A stretch of DNA of 64,000 bases from Candidatus Eiseniibacteriota bacterium. GTDB lineage: Bacteria; Eisenbacteria; RBG-16-71-46; JABDJR01. Position 1 is the stretch's first letter; every line of letters begins with the position of its first letter. This document shows positions 1 to 11,568 of this stretch, in pieces. The position numbers and the translations under genes are program-made. A model generated the notes under the pieces. The model was not told where the DNA came from, ran no database searches, and worked only from the letters and a program-made list of their open reading frames with translations. Location: NCBI GenBank assembly GCA_963762255.1, contig CAVXKA010000003.1, forward strand, positions 768,001 to 832,000, written 5' to 3'.

Positions 1-2
1 AC

Positions 3-1100
3 ACCCCCGGCGGCCTCGACACCGCCATGCGCCAGATCATCAAGGCCATCCTCGCCAGCGAGATCCCGGTCGCGGTGTACGTGGCGCCGGAGGGCGCGCG
101 GGCGGCCTCGGCGGGGGTCTATATCGCCTACAGCGCGCACGTCGCGGCGATGGCTCCCGGCACCAACCTCGGCGCGGCCACTCCCGTCAACATGGGCGGG
201 CAGATGGACTCGACCATGGCCCACAAGGTGACCAACGACGCCGCCGCGTACATCGAAGGGTTGGCCGACCTGCGCGGGCGCAACGCGGCGTGGGCGGTGC
301 GCGCGGTGCGCGAGGCGGTCTCGCTCCCCTCGGACGACGCCGTGGCCGAGGGCGTGGTCGACTTCATCGCCACCGGCCCCCGCGATCTCCTGCGCAAGAT
401 GGACGGGCGCATGGTCCATGTCCAGGGCGACAGCGCCCACGTCATCCGGAGCGCGGAAGCGAAGATCGTCGACTACCCGCGCTCCCTGCGCTATCGCATC
501 CTCGGCATCCTCAACAATCCGAACGTGGCCTACCTGCTCCTCATCCTGGGCTTCTACGGCCTCTTCTTCGAGTTTTCGAACCCGGGGGCGATCTTTCCCG
601 GGGTCATGGGGGCGATCAGCCTCATCCTGGGACTCTTCGCCCTGCAGAACCTGGACATCAACTACGCCGGGCTCATGCTGATCGTGCTCGGCGTGGTGCT
701 CTTCTTCATGGAGACGCAAGTGACAAGCCACGGAGTCTTGGGCATCGGGGGGACGATTGCGCTCTTGGCGGGTTCGATGCTTCTCATCGACGCTCCGCAG
801 CCGTTCCTGCGCGTCTCGCTCAAGGTGATCGTCCCGGTCGTGCTGGCCACCGCCGCGTTCTTCGCCTTCGCGCTGACGATGGCGATCCGCGCTCAACATC
901 GCAAGGTGGTGAGCGGTCGCGAGGGGCTCGTGGGGATGATCGGGGAGGCGCGCACGCCGCTCGCTCCGGTCGGTCAGGTGTTCGTGGCCGGCGAGCACTG
1001 GACGGCGATCTCCGCGACGGGCACCCCGATCGCGGCCGGGGCCTCGGTCGAGGTCGTCTCGGTGGATCACCTCCGGCTCACGGTGAGACCGGTCGCCTAA
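3..1100 (+). CDS. nfeD: NfeD-family membrane-bound serine protease (ClpP class), 5' end outside window
   Basis: TPGG..T, AASAG and APGTNLGAA motifs, several TM helices and a C-terminal OB-fold (GEHWTA); directly upstream of an SPFH gene. Confidence 0.9.
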   Translation, partial: TPGGLDTAMRQIIKAILASEIPVAVYVAPEGARAASAGVYIAYSAHVAAMAPGTNLGAATPVNMGGQMDSTMAHKVTNDAAAYIEGLADLRGRNAAWAVRAVREAVSLPSDDAVAEGVVDFIATGPRDLLRKMDGRMVHVQGDSAHVIRSAEAKIVDYPRSLRYRILGILNNPNVAYLLLILGFYGLFFEFSNPGAIFPGVMGAISLILGLFALQNLDINYAGLMLIVLGVVLFFMETQVTSHGVLGIGGTIALLAGSMLLIDAPQPFLRVSLKVIVPVVLATAAFFAFALTMAIRAQHRKVVSGREGLVGMIGEARTPLAPVGQVFVAGEHWTAISATGTPIAAGASVEVVSVDHLRLTVRPVA

Positions 1101-1128
1101 GGCGAACCGGCGGAAAAGGAAGGTTGTC

Positions 1129-1938
1129 ATGACCATCGGTCTGGGAATCGTCGTTGTCTTTCTGTTCATGCTCGTCTCGAGCGCGGTTCGGGTGCTGCGC
1201 GAGTACGAACGGGCGGTGGTATTCCGCCTGGGGCGCTTCGTCGGCGTGCGCGGCCCGGGGCTCTTCCTGCTCATCCCGATGGTCGACCGCATGGTGAAGA
1301 TCTCGTTGCGCGTCATCACCATGGACGTCCCGCCTCAGGACGTGATCACCAAGGACAACGTGTCGATCAAGGTGAACGCCGTCCTCTACTTCCGCGTGGT
1401 GGATCCGGAAGGGGCGGTGATCTCGGTCGAGGACTTCTACTACGCGACCAGCCAGATGGCCCAGACCACGCTCCGCAGTATCGTGGGACAGCATGAACTC
1501 GACGAGATCCTTTCCGCCCGCGAGAAGGTGAACCTCCAACTACAGACCATCATCGACGAGCGCACCGATCCCTGGGGAATCAAGGTGACGTCCGTGGAGA
1601 TCAAGGACGTCGACCTGCCCCAGGAGATGCGCCGCGCCATCGGGCGGCAGGCGGAGTCGGAGCGGGAGCGGCGCGCCAAGGTCATCAACGCCGAGGGCGA
1701 GTACCAGGCCTCGGAGAAGCTCGCCATGGCGGCCCGTGTCATCGCCGCAGAGCCGATGGCCATGCAGTTGCGGTATCTGAGCACGCTCGCCGAGATCAGT
1801 ACCGAGCGCGGAAGCACGGTGATCTTCCCGGTGCCGATCAATTTCGTAGAGGGGATGGGCGGCCTCGCCAAGCGGCTGATGGGAGTCGTGGCGGATCCCA
1901 AGGGACCGGAGACCAAGCCCGCGGGGCCCGAGAACTGA
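1129..1938 (+). CDS. SPFH/stomatin-like (slipin) protein
   Basis: [27 protein letters not shown] and [12 protein letters not shown] motifs; canonical pairing with nfeD. Confidence 0.93.
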   Translation: MTIGLGIVVVFLFMLVSSAVRVLREYERAVVFRLGRFVGVRGPGLFLLIPMVDRMVKISLRVITMDVPPQDVITKDNVSIKVNAVLYFRVVDPEGAVISVEDFYYATSQMAQTTLRSIVGQHELDEILSAREKVNLQLQTIIDERTDPWGIKVTSVEIKDVDLPQEMRRAIGRQAESERERRAKVINAEGEYQASEKLAMAARVIAAEPMAMQLRYLSTLAEISTERGSTVIFPVPINFVEGMGGLAKRLMGVVADPKGPETKPAGPEN

Positions 1939-1963
1939 CCCCGCGCCCATGCAGGAGGAACCC

Positions 1964-2827
1964 ATGAAGCTTCGGTGGATAGCCGGCGTCGCGCTCCTGG
2001 CGACACTGACCGCGTGCGACGACAAGACTCGCGATCTGGTGACGCCCGATACCTCCGCCGTCCAGGCGGTTGCTGTCGGCGCCGCCAGCGCGTCCGCTCT
2101 CGGCGTGCAGGCCTATACGCTCGCTATTCTGGCCGACGTCGGAAGGAAGCCGGAGGCCGCGCCGGCATGGAACCCCGCGGTGGGCGACACGCTTCTCCCC
2201 GGGATCCTCACCTGCCCGGTGGTGATCGAGGAGGCGGGTGGCGAGGACGGCTTCCTGCTTCGTCTCGACTACGGGGACGGCTGCACGTCCAAGTTGGACT
2301 CGGTCACCACGAGCGGGCAATTCGAGTTCACCGCGACCGAGCAGGCTCCCAGCGGGCTCGAGCTGACGGCCGAGTTCAGGGACTTCGTGCGGGGCGGCCG
2401 CGCGGTGGACGGCATCCTGGAAGCGAGCGGGCACACCGGCGACGCCGTGGCGATCAGCGCACGCGCTCTGGGTCTGACCGGGGAGGGCGCAGCGATTCTT
2501 CTGAACATGGACATCTCCGCGCAGCGGGCGGGGGCGCTCGTGATCGACGTGCCCCCCATGGACCCCGCCTACTGCGTTTCGTGGATCGTCCCGCACGGCT
2601 CCGGCTCCGTGGAGGGTGTGGTCGGATCCCAGGAGATCGTGTTCAGCTTCTCGGTCACGGACACGATCCTCGTCTCGACCTGCTGCGCCTATCCCTCCGC
2701 CGGCGTGTTGCGCATCACCGCGGCGGGATTGATCCCGGCGACCGTGGACTTCGGCGACGGCACTTGTGACAACGTGGCCACGCTCACCGTGGCCGGCCAT
2801 TCACAACAAATCACTCTGGGGAACTGA
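1964..2827 (+). CDS. Hypothetical lipoprotein
   Basis: AGGAGG RBS, lipobox LTAC, repeated LDYGDGC / VDFGDGTCDN motifs. Confidence 0.7.
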   Translation: MKLRWIAGVALLATLTACDDKTRDLVTPDTSAVQAVAVGAASASALGVQAYTLAILADVGRKPEAAPAWNPAVGDTLLPGILTCPVVIEEAGGEDGFLLRLDYGDGCTSKLDSVTTSGQFEFTATEQAPSGLELTAEFRDFVRGGRAVDGILEASGHTGDAVAISARALGLTGEGAAILLNMDISAQRAGALVIDVPPMDPAYCVSWIVPHGSGSVEGVVGSQEIVFSFSVTDTILVSTCCAYPSAGVLRITAAGLIPATVDFGDGTCDNVATLTVAGHSQQITLGN

Positions 2828-2832
2828 GCAAA

Positions 2833-4101
2833 ATGCACACTTATCAATCGACCCTTCGCCTCGCCGGTGTCGTATCCCTGGTCGCGCTGCTGGCCGGATG
2901 CGCGGGAGCGCGCGTCGATCCCGCTCCGCTCGCGGAAGAGGTCGCCCGCCTGCGGGAGGAGGCGCGCGCGATGGCCGCCGACAGCGTCTCGCTGGGCTAC
3001 CTCACCGTCGCCGACACGCTCTTCGCCCGCGCCGAAACCGCGGAGGCCGCCTCCCCCGCCGTGGCGATCTCCCTCTTCGAGGAGAGCCGCGCCGCCGCCG
3101 CGACCGCCGTGGCCGCCTCGGTGGCCGCCCGCCGCGCCGCCGAAGCGGACGAGTGCGCGCAAGCGGTGGACTCCGCGCGACAGGATTGGCAGGACGCGCT
3201 TCGCACGCTCGACCAGACCGAGAAGGCGGCCGAGCGCACCGCCAAGGGGGTGACCCGCGCCGACGGGGACCTTGGCGATCTCCTGGTCATTCCCCAACAG
3301 CGGATCGCTTCCCCCGAGGCGCACCCCACCGCGGAGGGGGTGCGCAGCGAAGCTGCAACGTGGAAGGGGCTCGCGAAGATGGTCGATGCGCCCTCTGCCG
3401 ACCAGGAAAACGTCTGGACTCGCGCGCTGGCCGCGGCCGCCAACCCCAAGCTCGCGCCCGCCGAGGCCGACCGCCACCTGCGCCGCGCGGGTTGGGCGGT
3501 GACCGAGCTCGCGTGGCGGGTGAGCGCCGAGATGTGGAGCTCGCGCTGCGGGTGGGCCCTCGGCCGCGCCCAGACCTACGCGCACTACCGCGACCAGGCG
3601 CTCTGGGCCATGGCCGACCTCGAGCGGAGCATGAAGGATAGCGCCCGACGGCAGCTCGATGAAGAGCGCGCGCGCCTGGAGGACCGCCAGGAGCAGCTCT
3701 ACAACTCGCTCAAGCAGTTCGAGGGGAAGTTCGCCAGCATTCGGCGCGACGCGCGCGGCACGATCATGTCGCTCGCCGACATCCTCTTCGACTTCGACAA
3801 GGCTGTGTTGCGGCGTGAGGCCGAACTCAACCTGGCCAAGGTGGCGGTGATCCTCGATCAGTTCCCCGAGATGCACATCTTCGTGGAGGGGCACACCGAC
3901 AACGTCGGCAAGGAGGACTACAACCAGAAGCTCTCCGAGCGGCGGGCGGTCGCGGTGCGCGATTTCCTCCAGTCGCAGGGGGTCGATGCTGCGCGCATGG
4001 AGACCCAGGGATACGGCATGTCGCAGCCGGTAGCCCCCAACGACACCGAAGAAGGCCGCCAGAAGAACCGCCGCGTGGACCTGGTCATCCGGGAGGAGTA
4101 G
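2833..4101 (+). CDS. OmpA-family lipoprotein with long helical N-terminal region
   Basis: Lipobox LAGC; C-terminal OmpA_C motifs LFDFDK, EGHTD, NQKLSERRA and NRRVDL. Confidence 0.88.
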   Translation: MHTYQSTLRLAGVVSLVALLAGCAGARVDPAPLAEEVARLREEARAMAADSVSLGYLTVADTLFARAETAEAASPAVAISLFEESRAAAATAVAASVAARRAAEADECAQAVDSARQDWQDALRTLDQTEKAAERTAKGVTRADGDLGDLLVIPQQRIASPEAHPTAEGVRSEAATWKGLAKMVDAPSADQENVWTRALAAAANPKLAPAEADRHLRRAGWAVTELAWRVSAEMWSSRCGWALGRAQTYAHYRDQALWAMADLERSMKDSARRQLDEERARLEDRQEQLYNSLKQFEGKFASIRRDARGTIMSLADILFDFDKAVLRREAELNLAKVAVILDQFPEMHIFVEGHTDNVGKEDYNQKLSERRAVAVRDFLQSQGVDAARMETQGYGMSQPVAPNDTEEGRQKNRRVDLVIREE

Positions 4102-4116
4102 GGCAGTCCCTTCGAG

Positions 4117-5826
4117 TCAGCTTCGCGCCCGCTTCTTCTCGCGGATCCGGCTCACCGGCCGTGCGTTGACGACGTGCTCCTTGGTGAGCCAGGCACGTCG
4201 CGCGGTCCGCACTCCCAAGCTCATGGCATCGAGCATCGCCGTGGAGTGCGCGTCGGTGTTGATGACGATTGTCGCGCCCCGCTCCGCGGCCAACCGCACG
4301 CTCTCCGCAGAGAGATCCAATCGTTCGGGCGACGCGTTCAGCTCCAGCGCGGTGCCGGTGGCCGCCGCCTTCTCGATGACGGCTTCGAGATCGTAGCCCT
4401 CGTACCCGGTCCGCTTGCCGATCAGCCGCCCGGTGGGATGCCCGATCGCGTCCACGTGGGGATTCTCCATCGCCTTCAGCACGCGCTCGGTGACGCGATT
4501 GCGGAAGCCCGCGTGGACGCTGGCCACGATCCAGTCGAGCCGCGCGTGCGCCTCGATGGGAAGATCGATCGCGCCCTCGGCGGTGATGTCCACCTCCAGG
4601 CCGTGCAGCACGCGGATCTCCGGCACCGCCGCGCGCGCCGCCTCGATCTCCGCCTTCTGCTCCTTCCACCGGGCGTAGGTGAGGCCGTTGGCGTAGACCG
4701 CCGAGGCGCTGTGGTCGGTGATGGCGATGTAGGCGTAGCCCCTCGCCTTGGCCGCGAGCACCATCTCCAGAACCGAGCTCCGCCCGTCGCTCCAGGTCGT
4801 GTGCGTGTGCAGATCCCCGCGCACGTCCTTCTCCCGGAGCACCGCCGGAAGGCGTCCCTCGCGCGCCGCGTCGATCTCGCCGCGGTCCTCCCGCATCTCC
4901 GCCGGGATCCAGGGGAGGCCGAGCGCCGCGTACACCTCTTCCTCGGTCTTTCCCGCCACGCGGGTCTCGCCCTTGAAGACGCCGTACTCGTTCACCTTCA
5001 GGCCCATCTTCTTTGCGACCTCGCGAAGGTGAACGTTGTGCTCCTTGCTCCCTGTGAAGTAGCAGAGGGCCGCGCCGAAGGACTCCGGCGGCACCACGCG
5101 CAGATCCACTTGCCGTCCTCCCTCGAAGAGCACGCTCCCCTTGGTGTCGCCCGACGCGAGCACGCGCTCCACACCGGGAAGCCGGGTGAGCGCGCCCACG
5201 ATCTCCGCGCCGCCTTTGGAGGGAACGAGAAGGTCGAGATCGCCGATCGTCTCGCGGCAGCGGCGCATCGACCCCGCGAACACAGCCTTCTTCACGTCGA
5301 TCGAGACGGCCAGCGCCTCCAGCACGCGCCGCGAGAGGGCAAGCGCCTCCGCCATCGGCATGCGCTCGCGGTTGCGGGCGAGGAGATCGATACCGGTGCG
5401 AATGTTCTCGGCGAGCTTGGGACCGAAGCCTGGGAGCGCGGCGACCGCGCCGCTCGAGAGCGCGGTCTCCAGCGAGGCAAGGTCGTGGATGCCGAGATCG
5501 CGGTGCATCTGCGCGAGCCGCTTGGGTCCGAGCCCGCCGATCGCGCGCAGATCCATGAGCGCGCGGGGGATCCCCGCGGTGGCTTCCTCGAACGCGGTCA
5601 TCGCGCCGCGCGACAGGTACTCGGCCACGTCCGCGGCCAGCCCTTTACCGATGCCCGGAACGTCGGTGAGCCGCTTTTCGGCCAGAAGCGTCGTGATGTC
5701 CTCGGCGAGGTCTGCGACCACCCGCGCCCCGCGCCGGTATGCGTTCACCCGAAACCGGTTCTGGTCCTTGAACTCGAGAGCATCGGCGATCGCGTCGAAG
5801 AGCCGGGAAATTTCCTGGTTCACCAT
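4117..5826 (-). CDS. polX: DNA polymerase X / PHP-domain 3'-5' exonuclease
   Basis: N-terminal AYRR/HhH; GSMRR, GDLD and VDLR catalytic motifs; YFTGSKEHN; PHP motifs DLHTH, TDH and NTDAH. Confidence 0.93.
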   Translation of the reverse strand: MVNQEISRLFDAIADALEFKDQNRFRVNAYRRGARVVADLAEDITTLLAEKRLTDVPGIGKGLAADVAEYLSRGAMTAFEEATAGIPRALMDLRAIGGLGPKRLAQMHRDLGIHDLASLETALSSGAVAALPGFGPKLAENIRTGIDLLARNRERMPMAEALALSRRVLEALAVSIDVKKAVFAGSMRRCRETIGDLDLLVPSKGGAEIVGALTRLPGVERVLASGDTKGSVLFEGGRQVDLRVVPPESFGAALCYFTGSKEHNVHLREVAKKMGLKVNEYGVFKGETRVAGKTEEEVYAALGLPWIPAEMREDRGEIDAAREGRLPAVLREKDVRGDLHTHTTWSDGRSSVLEMVLAAKARGYAYIAITDHSASAVYANGLTYARWKEQKAEIEAARAAVPEIRVLHGLEVDITAEGAIDLPIEAHARLDWIVASVHAGFRNRVTERVLKAMENPHVDAIGHPTGRLIGKRTGYEGYDLEAVIEKAAATGTALELNASPERLDLSAESVRLAAERGATIVINTDAHSTAMLDAMSLGVRTARRAWLTKEHVVNARPVSRIREKKRARS

Positions 5827-6053
5827 GGGGTATCCTTCCCGCGCCCGGCGGGGGGCGGGTCCACCTAGCGCCCGCGCGCGCGGCGGGCTCAAGCACTCAC
5901 CGCAAGCCTAGGGCCGCCGCGGATCCTCCGCAACGGCGCGCGCAGGGGGGAGGGCCCGTCGAGCGGCGTGGACACAGGCCGCCAATCTCTTTAGAATCTT
6001 CGGTTTGGCTCATTGCGGCCCGCCGCGCGCGGGTACGCGGAGGAAGCTCCTCG

Positions 6054-8069
6054 ATGCGACTTCGGCTTGTCCCACTCTTCGCCCTGTTCGCCGCCGCTCT
6101 CCGCCTCACCATGGCGGAGGCCGCCCTCCCCCCCGATCTGGTGCGCGAGATCCTCACGCGCGAGCAGGCCCGCACGACGGCCGACGGGTACCTCGCCGGG
6201 CTCACCGCGGACGATCGGGGCGAGGTTCGGGCGCGGGCCTATCGCGCGCTGGGGCGCCTCCAGGACCCCGCTCTCGTCGAGGTTCTCACGCGCGGGCTCA
6301 AGGATCCCGACGAGACCGTGCGGATCGAGGCCGCCTTTGCGCTGGGTCAGCTCAACGACACGGTCGCGGAGGCCCCGCTCGGCGCCGCGTTGACCAGGGA
6401 GAAGGCTCCGGCGGTGCGCGAGCGCATCGTGGAAGCGCTCGGCAAGTCGGGAGGCGACGCCTCGGTGGAGTTCCTCGCCGGCATGCTCTCGTCCTCCGAA
6501 GCGCCCCTCGCCCGCCAAGCAGCGCTCGCGCTCGGCGTGATGGCGGTGCGGGAAATCGACATCTCCACGACGACGGCGGCGCTCGATCAGGCCTTGCGGT
6601 CCGCGGATCCCGAGCTGCGCTGGCGCGCCGCCTTCGCGGTGCAACGCGGCAAGCTCGCGAACACAACGATCGGGCTGACGCGGGCCCTCAAGTCAGAGGA
6701 CACGATGACGCTCATCTACGCGGCGCGCGCGGTGGGTGCGCTTCGTTCGAAGTCGCTGAGCGAGAAGGCCCTTCCGCTGCTCAAGCACGAGGACTGGCGG
6801 GTGCGCGTCGAGGCGCTCCGCTGTCTCGGCGCTGCCAAGAACTACCTGGCCTCCTCGCAGGCAAGCCTCCTCCTCGATGATCCCAACGACAACGTGCGGC
6901 TGACCGCCATCGAAACCATGGGCAAGCTGGCCTCGGGGGGCGGACTCGGCCGCATTGTCGGCTATGATGCCAGCAGCGACTGGCGCGTGCGCGCGGCCTA
7001 CGTGAAGGCGCAGGCGGAGGGGTCGGGAGACGGCGCGATCCCCGACCTTCGATTGGCCATGAAGGATCCCGACTGGCGCATCCGGCGCGCCGCCGCCGAG
7101 GCGTTCAGCCTGGTCAAGAGCGAGCAATCGCTGTTGCTCATCGAGTCGATGGTGAACGACGAGTCGCCCCTGGTGCTCGCGGCCGTGGCGAACTCGCTCG
7201 TGGAGTTCCCCCAGGTCGAGGCGGTACGGGTGCTGCGCGGTATGCTGCGCGGCTCCGACGCCGCGGTGCTCACCTCCGCCGCCAACGCCGCCGGACAACG
7301 GTTGGACCGCGAGGCGGTGCCGCTCTTGCTGACCGCGTACGATCGGCTGCAAAGTCCGGTCGACACCGAGCCGATGGCCGCCATCCTCGAGGCGCTCGGG
7401 GCGATCCTCCCCGCCGGCGACGACGAAGGTGCGGTGGGCACGCTCGGCGACGTGGACCGCGCGAAGGCGGAAGCGCTCCTCGAGGCCGCGCGCCACGACG
7501 CGGATTATGCGGTATCGCGAAGCGCCGCCGACGCCCTCTCCAAGATCCGGGGTGAGTTGGTGGAGCCGGCCACCGCAGCCCCCGCCGGCGTGCCGGCAGA
7601 GCTCGACCTCGACCTCGCGGTGGCGCTGGAGACCGGCGCCAAGAACGTGACGGCGCGTCTCACCACCGAGCGCGGCGTCATCGTGCTCCGCCTGTTCGGG
7701 TCGGAAGCCCCAGGCACCGTGGCCAACTTCGTGACCCTCGCCGGCAAGGGGTACTTCAACGGGCTCACGTTCCACCGAGTGGTCCCCGACTTCGTCATCC
7801 AGGGGGGAGATCCGCACGGAGACGGATGGGGCGGTCCCGGCTATGCCATCCGCTGCGAAGTCAATCCGCTCCTCTACGATACGGGGCGGCTGGGAATGGC
7901 CCTGTCCGGCAAGGACACCGGAGGGAGCCAGTTCTTCATCACGCATTCCCCTCAACCCCATCTCAACGGACGCTACACGATCTTCGGGGAAGTCATGGAA
8001 GGACGGGACGTGGTCGATAAGATCCAGGTCGGCGACGTCATCGACGAGGTCCGCATCGAGGGCCTCTAG
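6054..8069 (+). CDS. Exported HEAT-repeat protein with C-terminal cyclophilin-type peptidyl-prolyl isomerase
   Basis: Signal peptide, many D..VR..AA HEAT repeats, [15 protein letters not shown] and GGSQFFITH. Confidence 0.9.
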   Translation: MRLRLVPLFALFAAALRLTMAEAALPPDLVREILTREQARTTADGYLAGLTADDRGEVRARAYRALGRLQDPALVEVLTRGLKDPDETVRIEAAFALGQLNDTVAEAPLGAALTREKAPAVRERIVEALGKSGGDASVEFLAGMLSSSEAPLARQAALALGVMAVREIDISTTTAALDQALRSADPELRWRAAFAVQRGKLANTTIGLTRALKSEDTMTLIYAARAVGALRSKSLSEKALPLLKHEDWRVRVEALRCLGAAKNYLASSQASLLLDDPNDNVRLTAIETMGKLASGGGLGRIVGYDASSDWRVRAAYVKAQAEGSGDGAIPDLRLAMKDPDWRIRRAAAEAFSLVKSEQSLLLIESMVNDESPLVLAAVANSLVEFPQVEAVRVLRGMLRGSDAAVLTSAANAAGQRLDREAVPLLLTAYDRLQSPVDTEPMAAILEALGAILPAGDDEGAVGTLGDVDRAKAEALLEAARHDADYAVSRSAADALSKIRGELVEPATAAPAGVPAELDLDLAVALETGAKNVTARLTTERGVIVLRLFGSEAPGTVANFVTLAGKGYFNGLTFHRVVPDFVIQGGDPHGDGWGGPGYAIRCEVNPLLYDTGRLGMALSGKDTGGSQFFITHSPQPHLNGRYTIFGEVMEGRDVVDKIQVGDVIDEVRIEGL

Positions 8070-8097
8070 ACCCTGGGCATCGACAAGGAGACGGTCC

Positions 8098-9021
8098 ATG
8101 AGCACCTCCGCGGTCGAGTACCGGTGCGAGGGAGCGGCATGCGCGCTCGCGCCCCTGGTCGGCGCCCGCCATTGCTGGGCCCACCTGCCCGATCGGGACG
8201 CCTGGCGCCACGAGCAGGAACGTGCGGCGGCGGCCGGCGAGGATCTGGCCGGCTCCGTATTCAAGCGCGCGGACCTCTCCGGGATCGATTTCTCAGGCGC
8301 GATGCTCACCGAGGCGCACTTCGAGGGAGCCACGGTCCGCGGCGCCCGGTTCACTCGCAGCCTCCTCTACGCCGCGCGCTTCGTGGACGCCGACGCCGGC
8401 CGCGCCGATTTCTCCGAGGCGGACATGGGGCGCGTGCGCGCGCACCGGGCCTACCTCGCCGGCGCCCGGTTCGTCCGCACCGGACTTCTTCAAGTTCGCT
8501 TCGTGCGCGCGGTGCTGGATGGGGCCGATCTCAGCGAGGCCGATCTCACCGAAGCCATCGCGATGGGGGCCTACCTCCACAACGCACAGCTCGAGCGGGC
8601 CATCCTCGAAGGCGCGGACTTCTCGGGGGCTTACCTCAAGAAGGCGTTCGCCCGTGAGGCACAGGCAGCGCGAGTGAAGCTGCGCCGCGCGGTGGCGTCG
8701 GATTCCGACTGGCAGGGAGCGATTCTCGAGCAGGCCGACCTGCGCGGGCTGACGGCGATCGCCGCCGACTTCACGCTGGTCTCCGCGGGCCGGGCCGATG
8801 CTCGAGGCGCGCGACTGCGAGCGAGCATCTTCGATCGCGCCGATCTCGAGGGAGCGGATCTCCGCGACGCCGATCTCTCCGACGCCATGCTCGAAGGCGC
8901 CAACCTCACCGGAGCGGACCTCCGGGGGGCGAAGCTCCGAGGGGCGCGGCTGGCGGGAGCGCGTCTCGAAGGGGCACGACTCGAGGGCGCGGAGATGGAT
9001 CCGGGCCCGCGGCCTGCCTGA
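8098..9021 (+). CDS. Pentapeptide-repeat protein
   Basis: Extensive A(D/N)LxG repeats; N-terminal Cys/His cluster. Confidence 0.88.
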   Translation: MSTSAVEYRCEGAACALAPLVGARHCWAHLPDRDAWRHEQERAAAAGEDLAGSVFKRADLSGIDFSGAMLTEAHFEGATVRGARFTRSLLYAARFVDADAGRADFSEADMGRVRAHRAYLAGARFVRTGLLQVRFVRAVLDGADLSEADLTEAIAMGAYLHNAQLERAILEGADFSGAYLKKAFAREAQAARVKLRRAVASDSDWQGAILEQADLRGLTAIAADFTLVSAGRADARGARLRASIFDRADLEGADLRDADLSDAMLEGANLTGADLRGAKLRGARLAGARLEGARLEGAEMDPGPRPA

Positions 9022-10809
9022 CTAGTCTAGCCAGCGCGCGGGGACGAGCGGCTCTTGGAGCAAGAACGCCCGCGCCAGGGGCAGCGGGGGCGCGCCCAAC
9101 GCGAGAAGTCGGGCATGGAACCGCGCGAGATCGAAGTTCGCCCCCTCCGCGCGCATGACCTCCGTCCGCATCGACTCGATCTCGCTTCGGCCCAGCGCAT
9201 AGACCAGGTAGAGCGGGTCGAACGCGCCGCGCCCCGCCTCGCGCCGCGCCATGGACGGCTCGAGATAGCAGTGCGTCTCGAGATAGCGCGCCGCCTGCTC
9301 AACTGTCCAGCCCTCGGTGTGCAACCCCAACGCCGCACGGTAGCGACCGAGCCTGCGCAGCGCCGACTGCTGGGTGGCCAGACGGAACGCGTCGTCGTCA
9401 CGGTGAAAGCCGCGCTCCAGAGAGAGGCCTTCGACGTAGTGCGCCCAACCCTCTCCAAAGCCGCGGCTCCAGATCGCGCGGCGCGCGGGCCGGGTGAGCG
9501 CGGCCTGGGTCAACGCGTGGAGATAATGACCGGGATAGGTTTCGTGCAGAGCGATGTTGCGCAGGACGGAGCGGTTGAAGAAGCGGATGAGTTCGAGTTG
9601 CTCGCCGGGGGGCGATGCCGGATCGGGTAGGGTCACGTAGAAGACCGCGGGAAGACCCGCAGGTTCGAAGGGGCCCGGGGCGGCGAGGCTGGCGTTGGTC
9701 CAGCGCGACGACGTGGGGGTGGCGCGCACCTGAATGGGTGGCCCCGGGGGGAGCGAGACGCTCTCGTCCCGTAGCGTGAAGGCGAGGACTTCGCGGATGG
9801 CTTCGGCCGCCGCTACCAGGACGCCGCCGGGCTCGGGATGATCGGCACTCACCGACAGCATCACGTCGCGGGGCGAGCGGCTCGAGTCGATCCGCGCCGC
9901 GGCGGCGGTGAATCGCGCATCGTAACGCCTGAGCTCCTCTTCCGCGCGCGCGCGCAGGCGCGGGAGCGGGGTCTCGATCCCCTCCGCCGCGCGCAGGTAT
10001 CCGGCGAAGAGAGCGGGTCCGAGCGCGAATTCGACCCGTGAGCGGGGAAGCACGTCTTCGGAGAGTGCTTCGCGGTAGGCCAGGACCCCGTGGAGCGCGG
10101 CCGCTGTCGCCTCGGTGAGGTCCGCCACCAGCGCGCTGTCCTCGATGGATGCGGTGGCGGCGGGAATGCCGTCGATGAGGGTCGTGACAAGCCCGTCGGC
10201 CTGGGCCAGGGCCTGTTCGGTCAATACGCGCGGCGGATCGCCGATCATGGGGAGGGCGGCCTCCAGATAACCAGGCGTCTCGCGCAATCGCCCCACCAGA
10301 GAGCGCGTGCGTTCCACAAGCGGAACGTATTCCCGGCCGAGAAGAGTCTGGATGCCCCCGCCCACCGTTCGCAGAGCGCGCCCGGGATCGCGCGACCACA
10401 CCCGCAAGCTGTCCTGCTCGAAACGCCGCAGCCGGATGTCGTAGAGCATGATCGCGACGTCGAAGCGATCGTCGCGATGGGTGAGGGTGTCGGAGACCGC
10501 GAGTAGCCGCTCCTCGAAATCGCGCCAGGCGAGGCGCACGCGCTCGCGGCCGGCGAATCCCGAGGGCCCCAGAGAGGCATCGCCCTCGTGCAACCCGAGC
10601 TGCGAGGCGCGGACGGGATCGAGCCGCGTGAGAAGGCCGATGAACTCGTCCTCCAACGCGCGGAGCCGGGGAGCAGGCGCGACGCCGGCCTCGGGGGCGT
10701 CGGACCGGCGCGACGATGAGGCCTCGGCGGGGACGATTTCCTGGATCGCGAGCGTCAGCAAAGCGAATAGCAGGCAGAACAGAACGTGACGATCGATCGG
10801 ATGCCGCAC
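9022..10809 (-). CDS. DUF885-family putative metallopeptidase
   Basis: HETYPGH and EGWAHYVE motifs, FH..LL..G tail, signal peptide. Confidence 0.85.
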   Translation of the reverse strand: MRHPIDRHVLFCLLFALLTLAIQEIVPAEASSSRRSDAPEAGVAPAPRLRALEDEFIGLLTRLDPVRASQLGLHEGDASLGPSGFAGRERVRLAWRDFEERLLAVSDTLTHRDDRFDVAIMLYDIRLRRFEQDSLRVWSRDPGRALRTVGGGIQTLLGREYVPLVERTRSLVGRLRETPGYLEAALPMIGDPPRVLTEQALAQADGLVTTLIDGIPAATASIEDSALVADLTEATAAALHGVLAYREALSEDVLPRSRVEFALGPALFAGYLRAAEGIETPLPRLRARAEEELRRYDARFTAAAARIDSSRSPRDVMLSVSADHPEPGGVLVAAAEAIREVLAFTLRDESVSLPPGPPIQVRATPTSSRWTNASLAAPGPFEPAGLPAVFYVTLPDPASPPGEQLELIRFFNRSVLRNIALHETYPGHYLHALTQAALTRPARRAIWSRGFGEGWAHYVEGLSLERGFHRDDDAFRLATQQSALRRLGRYRAALGLHTEGWTVEQAARYLETHCYLEPSMARREAGRGAFDPLYLVYALGRSEIESMRTEVMRAEGANFDLARFHARLLALGAPPLPLARAFLLQEPLVPARWLD

Positions 10810-10956
10810 CGGCGAGCCTCTGACTTTCTTTCTTCGTTGATTGTCGCGGGGGATTCTCGCACGAAGCGCAGCGCTCGCCTACGATCAACTGGCTCTTCCG
10901 CCTCCGATCCTGCTAGTCTTGGTGGTTCGGACTTTGAAGTCGCAGGAGGTAGGACC

Positions 10957-11562
10957 GTGGACATCTGGACGCAGGGTTCAAAGGCGGGTCGGCGCGCACC
11001 GCGGCGCGGGAGGGTGGCGCTGGCCGGCGCGCTGGCGGCCGGGATGCTGGCCGGCATCCTACCCGGAGTCGGGGCTCCGGTTCTCGTCGCGCAGCCTACG
11101 GGGGCGGTCGCGAGCGCGGCTCCGCAGGAAGCGCTTCCTCTCCTCACGTGGGATCTCTTGCGGCAGACCGTCTACAACCCCATGGGGAGCATGACCTGGC
11201 CGGACAGCCTGCGCATGCTGGACGGCAAGCAGGTGCGCCTCGAGGGGTACGTGCTCCCCAACTTCGGAGCCCAGGATCCGGCCGACGTCCTTCTCTCCGC
11301 GAACCACCCGAGCAGCCTCTACGGCGGACCGACCGACATGACCGCGATCATCGAGGTCTACATGCCGGGGTTCGATCCAGAGGTGTGGCCGATGCTTCCG
11401 ATCGAAATGGTCGGCACCTTCCATCTTTCGAAGAACCCGCGCAACCTCCGCGCCATCTATCGGCTGACCGGCTCGTCGTGGCACCCGCTCAGGCGATGGC
11501 TTCAGGACTTCCCGGGAGCGGTGGAAGAGCAGCAGGATTCCCAGGACGACGGCGGACCGTAG
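10957..11562 (+). CDS. DUF3299-like exported protein
   Basis: LTWDLL...LDGKQVRLEGYVLP motif; AGGAGG RBS before GTG at 10957. Confidence 0.6.
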   Translation: MDIWTQGSKAGRRAPRRGRVALAGALAAGMLAGILPGVGAPVLVAQPTGAVASAAPQEALPLLTWDLLRQTVYNPMGSMTWPDSLRMLDGKQVRLEGYVLPNFGAQDPADVLLSANHPSSLYGGPTDMTAIIEVYMPGFDPEVWPMLPIEMVGTFHLSKNPRNLRAIYRLTGSSWHPLRRWLQDFPGAVEEQQDSQDDGGP

Positions 11563-11568
11563 CCGGGC

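Noticed and set aside
4117-5826. Catalytically altered PolX
   Set aside because: GSxRR, DxD and the third Asp, plus the PHP metal ligands, appear canonical
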